DNA of 64,000 nucleotides from Bilabrum cf. latius (lineage: Eukaryota): assembly GCA_965178125.1 (NCBI GenBank), contig OZ237757.1, positions 930,001 to 994,000 on the forward strand, given 5' to 3'. A program made the position numbers and the translations under genes. Every line of letters starts with the position of its first letter. Position 1 is the stretch's first letter. This document shows, piece by piece, positions 39,794 to 52,176 of the stretch. The notes under the pieces were generated by a model, which saw only the letters and a program-made list of their open reading frames with translations, made no database searches and had not been told where the DNA came from.

Positions 39794-42253
39794 ATGGAAG
39801 GGTTTATGAGCTCTTTGCAGTCCATTGGTGGCCGAATCGCTGCCCAAGTGTCGGACGCTGTGAATGCAGTCGACTTGGATGGTGTCAGGCGAACCCTCGC
39901 AGACGGCGGAGCGAGCCTCCTTCAGGATGACAAAGATGCAGAAGCCTAGCTACTTGATGATATGAATGTAACATACATCACGCCTCGTGTAATCGCTATG
40001 GGATTTCCATCTACTGCAAGAACAAGACTGCGATCGTCGACAAACGGCAGCTCTGTTGGTAGGATTCTGTCGCGGAGGCACGGTGGGCACTACATGGTTT
40101 GGAACTTATCTGAAGAATCGTACGATGCATCTGTATTCGAGGACAGCGTGATAGAGCACAAGTTTCCGGGATTTCCTGCGCCTCCCCTTGGGCTACTGTA
40201 CCAACTATGCAAACAAATTGAGAACTGGCTGCATGCCGCCCCTGAAAACGTGGCCGTTGTGCATTGCATGACGGGAAGGGGACGTACGGCCTTAACCATA
40301 GCGTGTTCCCTGTCTTGGATGCGAGGCGGTCCGCAGGACGAAGCGGTGGCCGCTGGCAGCCAGTCCAGTGCGCATAGGGGCGTGGTGGTTCCCGCCGACT
40401 CACCTCTGCTTGCCCTGCAGGCTGTGTGCGAGCGGAGGGGGTCGACCTTGGATCGATTGACTCTGCCGTCCCAGCGCAGATACGCTGCCTACTTCGGATG
40501 CGTGCTGGAGGGGCAGCAGCCAGTGCAGGGCACGAGGCGCCTGGAGAGGGTGCTGCTGCACGGGCTGCCCGACCTGACCCTGTCCAAGGAATAGGCCCGA
40601 CTGGGAGGGAAGGAGCTGGGTCTACTAAAAGATATGACTGTTACTAGTTCCAGTGCTGCTGCTCCGCTGAGGCTGGTGCTAGAGTTGTTTCGGGCTGGAA
40701 GCAGCAGGCCGGTGTGGCGATCTTGGCCAGTGACAAAGAAGCAAGACGGAGAAGCGGGGGCGAGCGCTGAGGCTCTTAGCAGTGATTAGCAGAGTGCTCT
40801 GCCGGCAATGGTCAGTCGCAGCGATGGTGTGTGGAAACTGGAGCCGAAGGTGCCTCTGCGAGGAGACCTTCTGCTTCGGGTGAGGCAGCTGGCGGTCCGG
40901 CCGAGAGAGGGGGGCGGCGAGGACGGGGGTGCAGAGAGAGAAGGCGGCTCTGCGTCTCACGAGCGCAGACAAGTCGTCACGCGGGAAACATTGTGTCGAG
41001 CTTCGTTCAACGTAGGCATGGTTGGCGGGGTGAGGGTGCCCGGTGGTGCTGCTGGTGATGGGGATGGGGCGGACGACGGGGGCATCGCTGCGCAGAGCTG
41101 TGTCCTTCGGCTGAGCAAGAGGCAGCTGGATGTGGCATGCGGGGATCCAAGGTGCGAGGATGACATGTATCTGGAGCTGATCTTCGGGCCTGTGCAGCAG
41201 ATGGTGGAGGGAAAGGAGAAGGGGTAGGGGCGGGGGCAGGCCGCCTCAGCGGCTGCAACCGGTGCATCGGTGGCACGGGAGAGCAAGCGCTCTGATTCGG
41301 ACCACGGGACCGCGGTGCGGGCTGATGACGCTGTGCTGCAGCCCTCATCCCCGGTGTGGGCAGAGGTGTCTAGGCGAAAGGCCCAGCGGGAAGCCCGTCG
41401 AAAGAAGGCCCGGGCAAGGTTGGAGGCACGCAAGAGTGCCAAGGCGGCGTGGCACAAGGCACAGCAGCAGCAGCAGCAGCCATCGGACGGGGCGGCGCGG
41501 GGTTCCGGCGAGCGCGAAGTTGGGGTAGGTATCGCGATTGGCGATGACGATGACGACGAAGATGACGATGTGTCTTTGGAACGCGCTTCGGCTGGAACCC
41601 AGTCGCCGCACTCCCGCGAGCCCGTGGAAACAAAGAGTCTTCAGCAGGAGCTGGACGAGCTGGAGGCCCTCGAGAGGGAGCTGGGTATCGGGGTGGACGC
41701 GCCCGATGTGGCGGTGGAGGATGAGCTGGGCCAGTCCGTGGGACAAGAGGACGGTTTGGTGGCCACCGGCTAGGGGGGTCATACGGTTGCTGCTGATCAT
41801 GCTGGTGCTGGTGCTGGTGCTGATCATGCTGGTGCTGGTGCTGGTGCTGATCATGCTGGTGCTGGTGCTGGTGCTGGTGCTGGTGCTGGTGCTGGTGCTG
41901 CAGGGGGCCACATCCCGGAAGTAAGTCCTCTTACGGCAGTAGTTGGCGAAGCTGAAGTTGAATCTGAGCACGGCAGCACCGCTACAGCAGCTGCGGCTCC
42001 AGCAGCAAACCAAGCAGCTGCTGGCAGTGGGCCGAGCACAGAGCAGGAGCGAGACAGCAGTGAGGGCGAGTCAGGTGCACATTTACCGATCAAGCCATCC
42101 ATACCGGAATATCTAGGCGAGGTAGATGGGACTAGTGTAGCTGAAGGCGCGGCGCAAGGCGATGCGACGCACGGTGGTGGCAATACCAGCGGCGGCGATG
42201 GTGAGGACGAGCTGGCCGAGATCGAGGCATTCCTTGACGACATAGAGGGCTGA
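39794..42253 (+). CDS. PTEN/tensin-type phosphatase with C2 domain and acidic tail
   Basis: Motifs TYITPRVIAMGFP, VWNLSEESYD, VVHCMTGRGRT, PSQRRYAAYF and C2-like LRGDLLLRV...LCRASFNVG. Five TAGs join the fragments. Ends TGA. Confidence 0.85.
41788..41900. repeat. (GCTGGT)n repeat with GATCAT interruptions, encoding an Ala-Gly tract in the PTEN-like tail
   Basis: Directly visible. Confidence 0.8.
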
Positions 42254-42938
42254 CATGGGGAGCAGACTGTAACGAACGTGCATGTCGTGGAAGTGCATCC
42301 GGATGCAAGGCCTGTTGCGGCGATTCTGGTTTGCCTTGATGGTGGACTGGCGTCCAGTTCAATTTGTCGGTGGATTCAGGTACAAGACGGTGCTCGTGGG
42401 CGCTGCAGCCACAGGAACGGCCGCTGGACTGCTTCCGACTGGGTTCACGACCTTAGTGCTCTGCTTGTCAGTGTCCGCGTCCCGCCTCGCCGCTGCCGTG
42501 GCCTCGCACGGTGACTTCTCGTACTCGTCCAGGGTGCCCGGGCAGCAGAGCAGCCGCCCTGCGAACAGTGCACCCCCTGTCAGAGCAGACGTTATGCCGT
42601 ACGACCGTGCTAGAGAGATTGCAATCGCCTTGAGCATATCGTACTCGTCATACCCTTCACCCAGGCCGTGTAACAGGCCATGGACTGCAACGAAGACGGT
42701 GCTGTCACTGTCGCGGATACTGCAACAGCAACGAGCGTTATTATCTACTTCAATACTGTGGTATGACCTTGTTTTGCGCCAACCGATAGGTTGACAATAT
42801 CTCCCCCGCCCAACGAACAAATTTTGTGCCATTTTGCGACCACTGGCGGCCAGTGCCACACGGTGTGGCGAACCAAACGGAACCGAAGCCGGCACCCAAT
42901 CGTCTCTCAATCCTATATCTGGCCAAGGCGAGCAAACC

Positions 42939-44471
42939 ATGAGAAAGGAAGAGGCATCGGTCGCATATTTTATATTTGTAGTGTTCTCCGTGCAAGTTTT
43001 GGCTTCGCAACCGTCTGCACGCCAGCTTGCAACGAACTTATTCGGGCAAACTGCTCCAACGCATATTGTAAACCAAGGGGAAGGGCAGCTAGGCCAGGTT
43101 CCTATTTGGCATGTCTCATCCAAGAACACCAGTGTCAGCTTTGCACTCTGCATTACAGGGGAGGCTGATGTTCCTATCGAAGTCAAAGACGACGCGCTTC
43201 GTGAGAAAATAGAAAAGCACAACAGCCACGTAGCGACGCGGCAAGCATGGAAGTCATTCTCATTTTGGGCAGTTGATCCGATAGCTGCAACTGATCTCCA
43301 TACTCGACACGAACCATTTCTCGATGATGTTCAGTTCGCTGGTACTGGGGCGCGGTGCGTGTACGGCAACCAGATTCAGCCGGACGAGCGATTTACCAAC
43401 GGAGAAATGCACTTGGCCTTTCGATGCGACAAATCTCGAAACGGCGATCTAAGTCCCGAGTTAGGTTGCGACTTTGCGTTTGCCTCAGTAGAGCACCACG
43501 AAAGCGACGTAGTGGCCAGTGGTGCGCTTGAGCTCGCCAAAGGCAAGCTTCTGGTTTCACTCGCCTCCAAGGACGGCCCAAATGCCAAAAGTCTGGAAAA
43601 GGTCATGATCAATAGTGTAGCAGAAGACCTAAGCAGCGTTGAGGACCAGGGGTAGCTCAAGCGACATCCTGAAGTACTTCACAAAGCACTCGAGTCCGGC
43701 AGCACACTCCGCTTAGAGACTTATGCCGGCATGTGCAACCAATTGCGCACTATCCTGTCGTTTGCAAAGTGGGCCAAGGAGCACGGCAAGAAACTAGAGG
43801 TATACTGGACGCGCTCTGCACACTGCCCCACGGACATTGAAGGTCTCCTCCAGCAGCCAGACCCTGGCCTATGGAACGTCACCCTGCACGACAAGAAGGA
43901 CCTTCCAAAAGGAGCGAAGATCGACGTCAAGACAATCTACACAGTATTCGACCGCGGATATGACTTCTTCCCGGAGCCGTTCGGGTTGCTCCGGCCGGCC
44001 CCACGAGTTATCGAGTTCGTGCGCGGTACTCTGCAGCAGATGCAGAAGGATGGAAATGAGCGCTTCCTCGCGATCCACGTGCGACGCACTGACCTGCCAA
44101 ACAAGCTGTACACCAAGGAGGAAGAGTACTTGAAGTGGATCAAGAGGCGGGACCCAGCAGGCTAGCTGAAGGTGCACATCGCCACAGACAACCAAAAGAC
44201 GCAGAAATTCTTCCGCGACAGATTAGGCGCCAGGGCCTTCGTGCTGGAAGATATCAAGAACAAGCCCAGCGGGCGGCACACGTCAGTCGACCACGCGATC
44301 GGGGACATATTCGTGGCTGCCATGTCCTTTGACTTCATGGGCACTACGGGAAGCTCCTTTTCGAGGATGATCATGGGGCTGCGGCAGCACCGGACGAGCA
44401 CCATGAGGACGCTGGAATTTGCAGAATGGGATACTGTCGTGCTGGATGCAGACTCGCGCTTTGATCGGTGA
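42939..44471 (+). CDS. GT-B fucosyltransferase-like glycosyltransferase
   Basis: N-terminal hydrophobic anchor, AGMCNQL, FLAIHVRRTD, VHIATDN, DIFVAAMSFDFMGTTGSSFS. TAGs at 43653 and 44163. Ends TGA. Confidence 0.75.
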
Positions 44472-44901
44472 TCTGGTGAATAAGAACCTTCAAGACTTAG
44501 TGCTCATTCATCAACGCTTGAGCGCTCACGCGCATGCCACGCCATCACTATTTCCTACCAGTCCGAAATGACATGCACACTCAAACAAAATCCTACCGTT
44601 CACGACTATAAGTAGCACCCTGCCACCTGTACTGGCAGCCAGAACCAGCTACTGTCCTAAGTCCGCTGCGGGGAGTTAAAACAGTGTTGGGCACATGTCA
44701 GCCTCATTATCATGGAGTGCCCAGTCCAGCAAGGAGGCTCGTAGGCCAAGTCTACGGGAGGGTGTTATTTATCTTCTTCTTGAGAGTTCAACAGGTCGCA
44801 ACCTTTGCCTACCCGATACATAGATAGATAAACGATGGGGTTTCTTGATCTGAGAACAACACAAAGACAAAATTGTCTGTTAGACTGAAAAGGCTACTGC
44901 G

Positions 44902-45963
44902 ATGCTTATATTGTTGCTGGGATCGATTCAGCACCAATGTGGAGGTGGGATTTTGTCAAGGCTACTCTTGCTGCAAACTCACCAAGCTACCGGGGCTGTC
45001 GCAGTGTGTATTGCGGTGATTCTTACTCTTTGGTGGCAAGCGTACATGCTTGCTCGCCCAGAGTGCTCGCATCATGATGAGAATCATGCTCATTTGGCGT
45101 AGTCCATCCACTGGCATGCAACGAGCTACCGCCTCAAAACGCCATGCGTCGACGAGAGCCCTGCTCCATGGAACATGATATTGTTCCATATAGTATCATT
45201 GTGCGTTGTTTGTTTGGGGGCTGCAGGGGCAGGGCTGATTTTATTGTCTGGAGTGCTTGATCCGGGAATCGTTGAGGGTGCTATTGAAGGTCGACACATT
45301 GAACCTTCGATCCCAGCCATGCCTACAAGTGAATCCATGCCATTCTCCTCACGGGCGTTGAAGTCATTGCCGCGAAGCAAAGCTATAGATATTTAGAGGT
45401 GCCTCTCGAGTGCATGGAGCGACCAGTCGGGTGCGTCACAATCTGCGGACGCTGTTAGGCAGACTTTTCCGGCTGTGCATGATACAGAAGATGCCCAATG
45501 CTCCCACCAGGGCCCTGTCAAATCCAATGAAGCTTTTGAATCTCGCCGCAAGCTCGCAATGCAGCTGGACTGGGGCAAGGTTCCGTACAACGTGCCTGAG
45601 GCACTCCGCGGCCTCGTGCTGTTCGACCCGTCTCGCCCTGACGTGCTCTTAATCGGGGAATACAAGTTCTGCCGTACCTGCCGCATCTGGAGACCACCGA
45701 GAGCCGCGCACGACACCGGGCTTGATGTGTGCGTGCTTCAGCACGACCACTACTGCACGCTCATTGGCAACTCAGTCGGCCTGTACAACCACCCGATCTT
45801 CGCCGCTGCTGCCGTGTGCTCAACCGCCGGTACTGGTATCGGGGCTGTCCTAATTATCTTGCAAGCAGTATATAGCGCGATGGCCGCAGTGCGAGTCGCA
45901 GGCGGGCCGTCTTTGCTGATGAGTCCTTCCTTGCTGATGTCCCCCCGCTACGGTAATAAATAA
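44902..45963 (+). CDS. DHHC (DHYC variant) palmitoyltransferase, 3'-truncated by the virophage insertion
   Basis: Motif KFCRTCRIWRPPRAAH...CVLQHDHYCTLIGNSVGLYNHPIF. Two TAGs upstream. The frame runs into AT-rich DNA and stops after TM3. Confidence 0.8.
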
Positions 45964-46147
45964 ATTTATTCCCTTCGGTTAAGGAAACAAGTTTCAATAA
46001 TTACGTTCAGTCAGAGCTAAAGCTCTTCCCTCTCTCCATTCCTTTTCTCGCTAGTCGCTCCAAAAGTCAAGGTGATACTCTTCATACTGCTACTTCATAT
46101 AACTGCTTTATCCTTCTAATTATATAAAATCAATTTAATATAAAACT

Positions 46148-46276
46148 CTATACGATGACCATATCCATACTTTGGGTATATATTATAGTAAGTTCTAATC
46201 AAAACGTGGATGTAGCCCTCTTGTGAAGGTGTTATGGGACTCTAGCCATTTTCTAGCCAAAAGTTCCATCACTTTA
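46148..46276 (+). repeat. dispersed ~135 bp intergenic repeat, copy 1 (most diverged)
   Basis: TACGATG...ATATCCA...CAAAACGTGGATGTAG...CTCTTGTGAAGGTG...AGTTCCATCACTTTA. Confidence 0.85.
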
Positions 46277-46670
46277 TGGGACTCCATTATTCAACCTTCT
46301 AAACTACCTTCATTATACCCCCTTATCCTCGCTTATACCTTCACAAATGGAACAAACGCGCAACAGCAACTCGCTACACTCGTCATCGTCAAAATGAACC
46401 TGAACCTGAATATTGGAGTTCAGCATTTTTTAGGAAATACGAGGGTCTAACCAACAGGATTTAATATTGAATTTTAAGCCTTTATTAAGGGTGTATATGC
46501 TTAGGATATTACTTTATATAATAATCAATATAATTTTCACCATCCACAGGCGGTTATTGTGGGTTAGTCCATCAACTGAATAACGGTCGGGCACTCCTTT
46601 AAGTATTGGGCAAAATAAAATGGATTAAAGGCAAAATAATATAAAATAATATAAGATAATATATAATAAT

Positions 46671-47204
46671 ATGACGGTAGATTATAAAAACTCTAAAATA
46701 TACAAGCTCTATTGTGTTGAAGACCCTTCTATTTGTTTCATTGGGGGCACAGCTTAGACGCTATTATCCACGGTTAAAGCTCTTCATAAGCAAAGCAAAA
46801 AATTAGATACGGTAGAACGAAAAGGATTACGGACAACTTATGAGATAGAAATCTTAGAAAAGTATCCCTGTGAGTGTATCAATGAACTAAATAAACGAAT
46901 AGGTTATTGGTAGCAATAGTATCCATCTTGTATTAAGAAAAAATAGCCTAAAGTGAGAGATAGACATCAATATTATTTAGACAACAAAGACCATATTAAA
47001 AAAATGACTAAGAAATACAGAAAAGAAAACAAACAAAAAATGATAGAATACGACAGACAATACCGAAAGGATAACGAAGCCAAAATAAAAGCAAAAACCC
47101 AATGTCCTATTTGTGAGGCTGTTGTTAATAAATACAAGCTTAAGCAACATCAAGCAACGAAACAATGTCAAGCAATTAAAGCAAAATAGACGCCTAGCGA
47201 CTAA
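46671..47204 (+). CDS. GIY-YIG endonuclease-like protein 1 (degenerate) with C-terminal Zn finger
   Basis: SKIYKLYCVEDPSICFIGGTA(Q), LEKYPCECINEL, CPICE...HQATKQC. Five TAGs. Ends TAA. Confidence 0.8.
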
Positions 47205-47286
47205 ATATAAATTTATACATATCCATATATGTATATATTCTCATCGTTTTTTTAAAACTCAAAAATTATAACTTAGTATTATAGAT

Positions 47287-48057
47287 ATGAACTTTAATAA
47301 TTATGTCATTGAAAATCCCGTCCTAATGAAGCAGATTTATAAGGCTACAGACCATATTACGGATAATACGCAAAAAATTTTAGAGACCATTACTACGTAT
47401 GTAGATTTAGGTGGTAAGTTTTCAAAACCTAAATTAATTAATAAAAATATAGTTAGTGATATTAAAGAGAAAAAAGCCGTGAAAAAACCCAAGAAAGAAG
47501 AGAAACAGAAGACACAACACGATAATAACGACCAGCTTGAAATTAACCAAACATACATTCTAGATAAATTTAATGACTATAAACCACAGAATAATAAAAT
47601 TTATAATGATGTAGATGATTTACAACCGCCAGAATTAATTAGATAGACCGCAATAGATGAAAAATTAACCGGTATGGAGCCTGACAGTGAAAGTGAAATA
47701 AACAGCGTTAGTACCGAACAAGACTAGATAGAAGCAGAAACTGATGATGAAATGATACCTGAGGAAGAGAAAAAAATAATTGGAGACCTAGAAAGGCTAG
47801 AAGACGGAGACTATAGGTATAAAGTGTCCGTAAATGGAAATGATGTATTTTTTGGTGAAATTAATTTACCCGATGTAGAGGCTCTTAAGAAATAGTTTAG
47901 CCCTCGTAAATTACAAATTATGATATCAAAAATAAAAAGGAATTATAATATTAATAATAGCGATGATATAAACAGCCCTGAGTTTTGGAATAGCCGTGTA
48001 TATTTGACCCTTGATGTGAAGGCCGAACACGAAAAACTACAAGATATCTATAATTAA
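47287..48057 (+). CDS. hypothetical viral protein (256 aa) with an acidic middle region
   Basis: Open with TAG=Q (3 TAGs), ends TAA. The C-terminus resembles the C-terminal domain of 52177-52884. Confidence 0.7.
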
Positions 48058-48126
48058 AAGCCCCTACAACTTAATAAACGGGCTAGAATTTAATAAAATA
48101 TTTTAATATAACCGCTATATTAAAAT

Positions 48127-48260
48127 CTATACGATGGCTATATCCACAAATTGCGTATAATTATATAGTATTTCTAGCAAAACGTGGATGTAGGGCCTCT
48201 TGTGAAGGTGGTATGGGACCTTTAGATAATTTTTAAAAATAGTTCCATCACTTTAGAAGG
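48127..48260 (+). repeat. dispersed ~135 bp intergenic repeat, copy 2
   Basis: TACGATGGCTATATCCACAAATTGCGTAT...GCAAAACGTGGATGTAGGGCCTCTTGTGAAGGTG...AGTTCCATCACTTTAGAAGG. Confidence 0.9.
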
Positions 48261-48375
48261 TGTTAAAATACACCATTCATATCACAATCTATTTTTTAGG
48301 GCTAAATGGCAAAAATCACCTTTTACCTTCATTAATTATTATAGCCCCTTTAAGCCCTCTATAATTAAATATGGC

Positions 48376-48392
48376 GTTTAAAATAGTTTAAA
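48376..48392 (+). promoter_or_regulatory. candidate promoter motif GTTTAAAATRRYTTAAA
   Basis: The same motif sits 28-30 nt before the ATG of five viral genes. Confidence 0.6.
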
Positions 48393-48420
48393 AATATATT
48401 TCTAATAATATATATAGAAA

Positions 48421-51198
48421 ATGAATAATAAAAACCTCGTTAGTTTCCCCATCAAGCACAATCAAAAAATACCTGATGTTAAAAGCTGGCGATATCTCAC
48501 CAAACCCGAGCCTAAACGATTTAATAATCAGAATATGGCTATTATCACCGGAGAAATTAATAATATAACCGTGTTTGATATTGATTCATATAAATGGAGC
48601 GATAAGAAGGAGCATTTATTCATCAAGAAATTTTCAGATGACTTTGTGAAGCGGTTCAACACATTCACGGTTAAAACAGCGGGTGGAGGGTATCATCTAT
48701 ATTTTAAATATGATTAGAATATATTAACTACCACCAATAGAGATATTGACGTTGATATTAGGAATGATGGGGCTTATGTAGTGGCACCACCAAGTGGCAT
48801 AAATGGGTCAAAATACGAAGTTATTAATAATGTAGAAATAAAAAAATGTCCTAAGGAGCTTTATAAATTTTATGAAAAGTATATTATTAAATCCTCTAAG
48901 AAATCCAACGTAAAAGGGGCGAGTAAAAGGATATCAAAAATTGATAATCAAGATGTGAATAACTGTATGATGAAATTCATTTTAAATGGTAAAGACTGGT
49001 CAATTATATTAAATAGACTAGATAAGAAATATTTAAATAATTATAGTGATTGGTATAAAGCAACCCTAGCGAGTAAATATTTAGGATTTAAGAAGGAGTG
49101 GTAGGAGTGGAGCAAGAAGGGCAATAAATACGACTACCACAAAAATAACAAGGTGTGGAACTCTATCCATTATTTTGATAAGTTAAAAACCTTTAATTTA
49201 GTTAATTCAATAATTTAGAATGATAAAAGTTTAAAGGCATTTGTGAAAGATAAGTATATTTCAAAGTGTTATTATCGTCCTTATGACGAGAATATTAACG
49301 GGTATACAGAAATTAATAAACCTAAATTAGATGATATAGAGAAGCCCGAACGATTTTTTAAATATGAATATAATTATGTGGTAAAAAGTGATACAGGAAC
49401 AGGTAAAACAACAGCATTTAAGAAATACATTAAACAGGTTCAAACGCCGTTCTTATCCATTGTATCCCGTGTATGTTTAGGCACAGAGCAATACGAGAGC
49501 TTTTTAAATGAAGATATTAAATGTGAGTTCTACCAGAATAAAACTTTTGATTTTGGATAGTCTCTTATTATTACGCCGGAAAGTATCCCCCAAATTGTGA
49601 ATTATGATTTTTCTAAATACATCGTATTTTTGGATGAATTCAATAGCATTATAGAGCATATATTAAGTTCTACCACGATGAATAATAATAGGGTTCTTGT
49701 ATTATTTATTATTTTAAAAATGATAAGGACGTGTAAATAGTTTATTGCTGTAGATGCTGACATATCCCAGATAGCGATGAAATTTTTAAAATGTGCTGGA
49801 GTAGAATTTAGCTTCATTAAGAATAAATATAAGCATTTTAAGGACGTAAAAGTATATTTTGAAAAAGACCAATAGAAATTTTACGATAAATTAAAAAGTG
49901 AAGATAAATTTATACTGGCGTGTGATAGCAAGAAGAACGCAGATACATTTTATAAAATGTTATGTAAAGATGGTATAGAGGACGTTAAATTAATTACTAG
50001 TGATTTATTACCTGATGAGGATGTGAGCTTAGATAAATATGATAAAATTATATTTAGTCCTAAAGTCATTTACGGATTAGATAGTGTAATGGAGCGCCCA
50101 GTGTATGGATTATATAAAGGAAAAACGATTCTACCGCCGTAGATGATGTAGCAACTGGCAAGATGTAGAAATCCCGAATATATGAATATATATTTTGAAG
50201 ATGTAAAATCCATTTATCCAAGATATGAGAATTTAAAGGAGGTATAGACGACCTTAAATATGGAAATTAACGCATAGACAGATTTATATACTAAATTAGA
50301 AAAATACGAAAAAAGGATAATGTAGGAGAATGATATTGACATTGATATTTTTGAGGGAGAAGATGATGAAGAGATAGCCCATAAAGCAATGATAGAGGCA
50401 TCATATAAGGTTTATTTACCACTCAAGAAATTATATAATTTCAAATGTGATACATACGAAACAAATAAATATATTCATTTATAGCTTATTCTTAAAAACA
50501 GGGGTGCCGATGTATAGGTGGATAAGGAATTACCACAACGAATGAATAAATAGCAGATGAAAGAGGCGACAATGGAGATACTACAAGAAAAGATTGATTC
50601 ATTTGATGTAGAGAACGACCATATAAAAAGAAGAATTGAAATTTTAGGGCTACCAGAGACAGCCATAACGGAGGATATTAAAATGTTATTAATTGATAAT
50701 TACAAATTAATGAATTATTTTAATTATGCTAATTTCAAGAGAAAAGATAAATATAAACTAATGACAGAATTAAAGGATAGAAAGGATTTTAAGGATGAGA
50801 AAGCAAAAAGTACAAAGAATAAAATAATCATATTGTAGGAGATGTTATAGACGCTTAAATTGAATAAATTTGATTTAAGTTATACACGTAAAAATGAGAA
50901 ATCCATTAAATATATAGAAATGGGTAAAAGATATGTAGAAGTAAGCGGGGCGAGATTATAGAAGCCAATAGAAACCGATAGTGAATTACACGGGGCAATA
51001 GTAAAATTATATAAGTAGTTATTTGGAAATATTAAAACCTCTTGGAGTATGGGAAATAAAAAGGATAAAAAGGATAGAGAATTAAGAATTAAATTCACCA
51101 AGGAGAAAGAATTATTTGATGAAGTTTATAAATATTAGTATCCCGAAATGAAGGACGTATACAAGGAATCCAACGAACGATTAGATTAGAATATTTAA
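48421..51198 (+). CDS. primase-polymerase + PriCT-2-like domain + UL9/OBP-like SF2 helicase fusion (925 aa, 20 in-frame TAG)
   Basis: Prim-pol motifs VFDID, TAGGGYHLYF, DIRNDGAYVVAPPS. PriCT-like W(Q)EWSKKGNKYD. Helicase motifs KSDTGTGKT, FLDEFNS, FIAVDAD, (Q)MM(Q)QLARCRN. No TAA or TGA until 51196. Confidence 0.88.
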
Positions 51199-51212
51199 TA
51201 CCTTTTTTATGT

Positions 51213-51229
51213 GTTTAAAATAACTTAAA
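51213..51229 (+). promoter_or_regulatory. candidate promoter motif GTTTAAAATAACTTAAA
   Basis: Ends 28 nt before ATG 51257. Confidence 0.6.
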
Positions 51230-51256
51230 CATTATATATTTATATAATATATAGTG

Positions 51257-51559
51257 ATGAGCGATATTTAGAGTTCAAGCAATACATAGGAACAACCAAA
51301 AATTAATTATATGTAGGAATATTACAAAACAAACAAAGACAAATGGAATAAAAAATATTTAGCTAGAGGAAATGAAAAAGTTAAATGCGATGTGTGTGAT
51401 TGTTATTATAGAAGGAAGGACAGAACGAGACACGAACGAACGAAGAAACACCAAAAAAATCTCAAAGAACCAAAAAAGGATATACTAGAGGAATATATCA
51501 AGAAACTTAATCAAACCCTGCTTAATAGCGGGATTAAACCACCGGAGATATCAATTTAA
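51257..51559 (+). CDS. small C2H2 Zn-finger protein (100 aa), absent from the ORF track
   Basis: KVKCDVCDCYYRRKDRTRHERTKKHQKN. Three TAGs. Ends TAA. Confidence 0.75.
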
Positions 51560-51601
51560 ATTTATCTATTTATTTATTTTTTTTATAAATAAAAAGATTT
51601 T

Positions 51602-52123
51602 TCAACCTTTAATAACCATCCAATTAGCCGACCAATCATTAGAGGAATTACCACCCGTTAAATGAATCGTAAATCCATCGGTTCCTGCTACTACGTGGGA
51701 AAATTCAACCGGCTCACTGGCGGGGGTGATTGTAGTAATAAAAACCAAATCACTAGAAGTCATACCCGGAACACTAGCAAATTCAGTAGCACCTCCACCA
51801 CTCCAATTTACCCTTCCTTTATGCGCTACGGTGTTATTTGCTACTACTTCACCTTTTACGGTTAAATCACATTCGTGACCGTCTTCATCAAAACTCATAA
51901 CTAAACCAGCAGATGCGGTATTGGCACCGAATCGTAAAGCTTGACCCGAAGTGATGTAAGAAATACCCTTACTGTCAAGATGTAATCCTGCGTTGCTAAC
52001 AACTACATCACTACTATTCACAACAGCATTTACATATAGACCACTACTATCTAATCTACCAGTTGCGACATTCTTACATTGAATAGATATATCATTAGGT
52101 TGCGATAATCTTGCTAAGCTCAT
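51602..52123 (-). CDS. beta-rich hypothetical protein, possibly a structural fibre/spike
   Basis: 173 aa ORF rich in G/S/V/T, unlike the Lys-rich non-structural genes. Ends TGA. Confidence 0.55.
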   Translation of the reverse strand: MSLARLSQPNDISIQCKNVATGRLDSSGLYVNAVVNSSDVVVSNAGLHLDSKGISYITSGQALRFGANTASAGLVMSFDEDGHECDLTVKGEVVANNTVAHKGRVNWSGGGATEFASVPGMTSSDLVFITTITPASEPVEFSHVVAGTDGFTIHLTGGNSSNDWSANWMVIKG

Positions 52124-52176
52124 TTTTTGTATATATAAATAAGAGAAAAACTAAAACTTATATCAAACCTATAATA

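Noticed and set aside
1500-42300. Many long antisense and alternate-frame ORFs in the track (e.g. 29975-32257+, 13394-14830+, 21885-23813-)
   Set aside because: They are shadow ORFs of GC-rich coding sequence overlapping well-supported genes.
42282-42830. Overlapping ORFs 42282-42794 (+) and 42359-43222 (-)
   Set aside because: No motifs, and I cannot decide which strand, if either, is coding.
45907-45942. Imperfect 18 bp duplication (PSLLMS-PSLLMS) as a target-site duplication
   Set aside because: Both copies are on the same side of the element and differ at synonymous positions, so it looks like a host coding repeat. A real TSD needs the right end.
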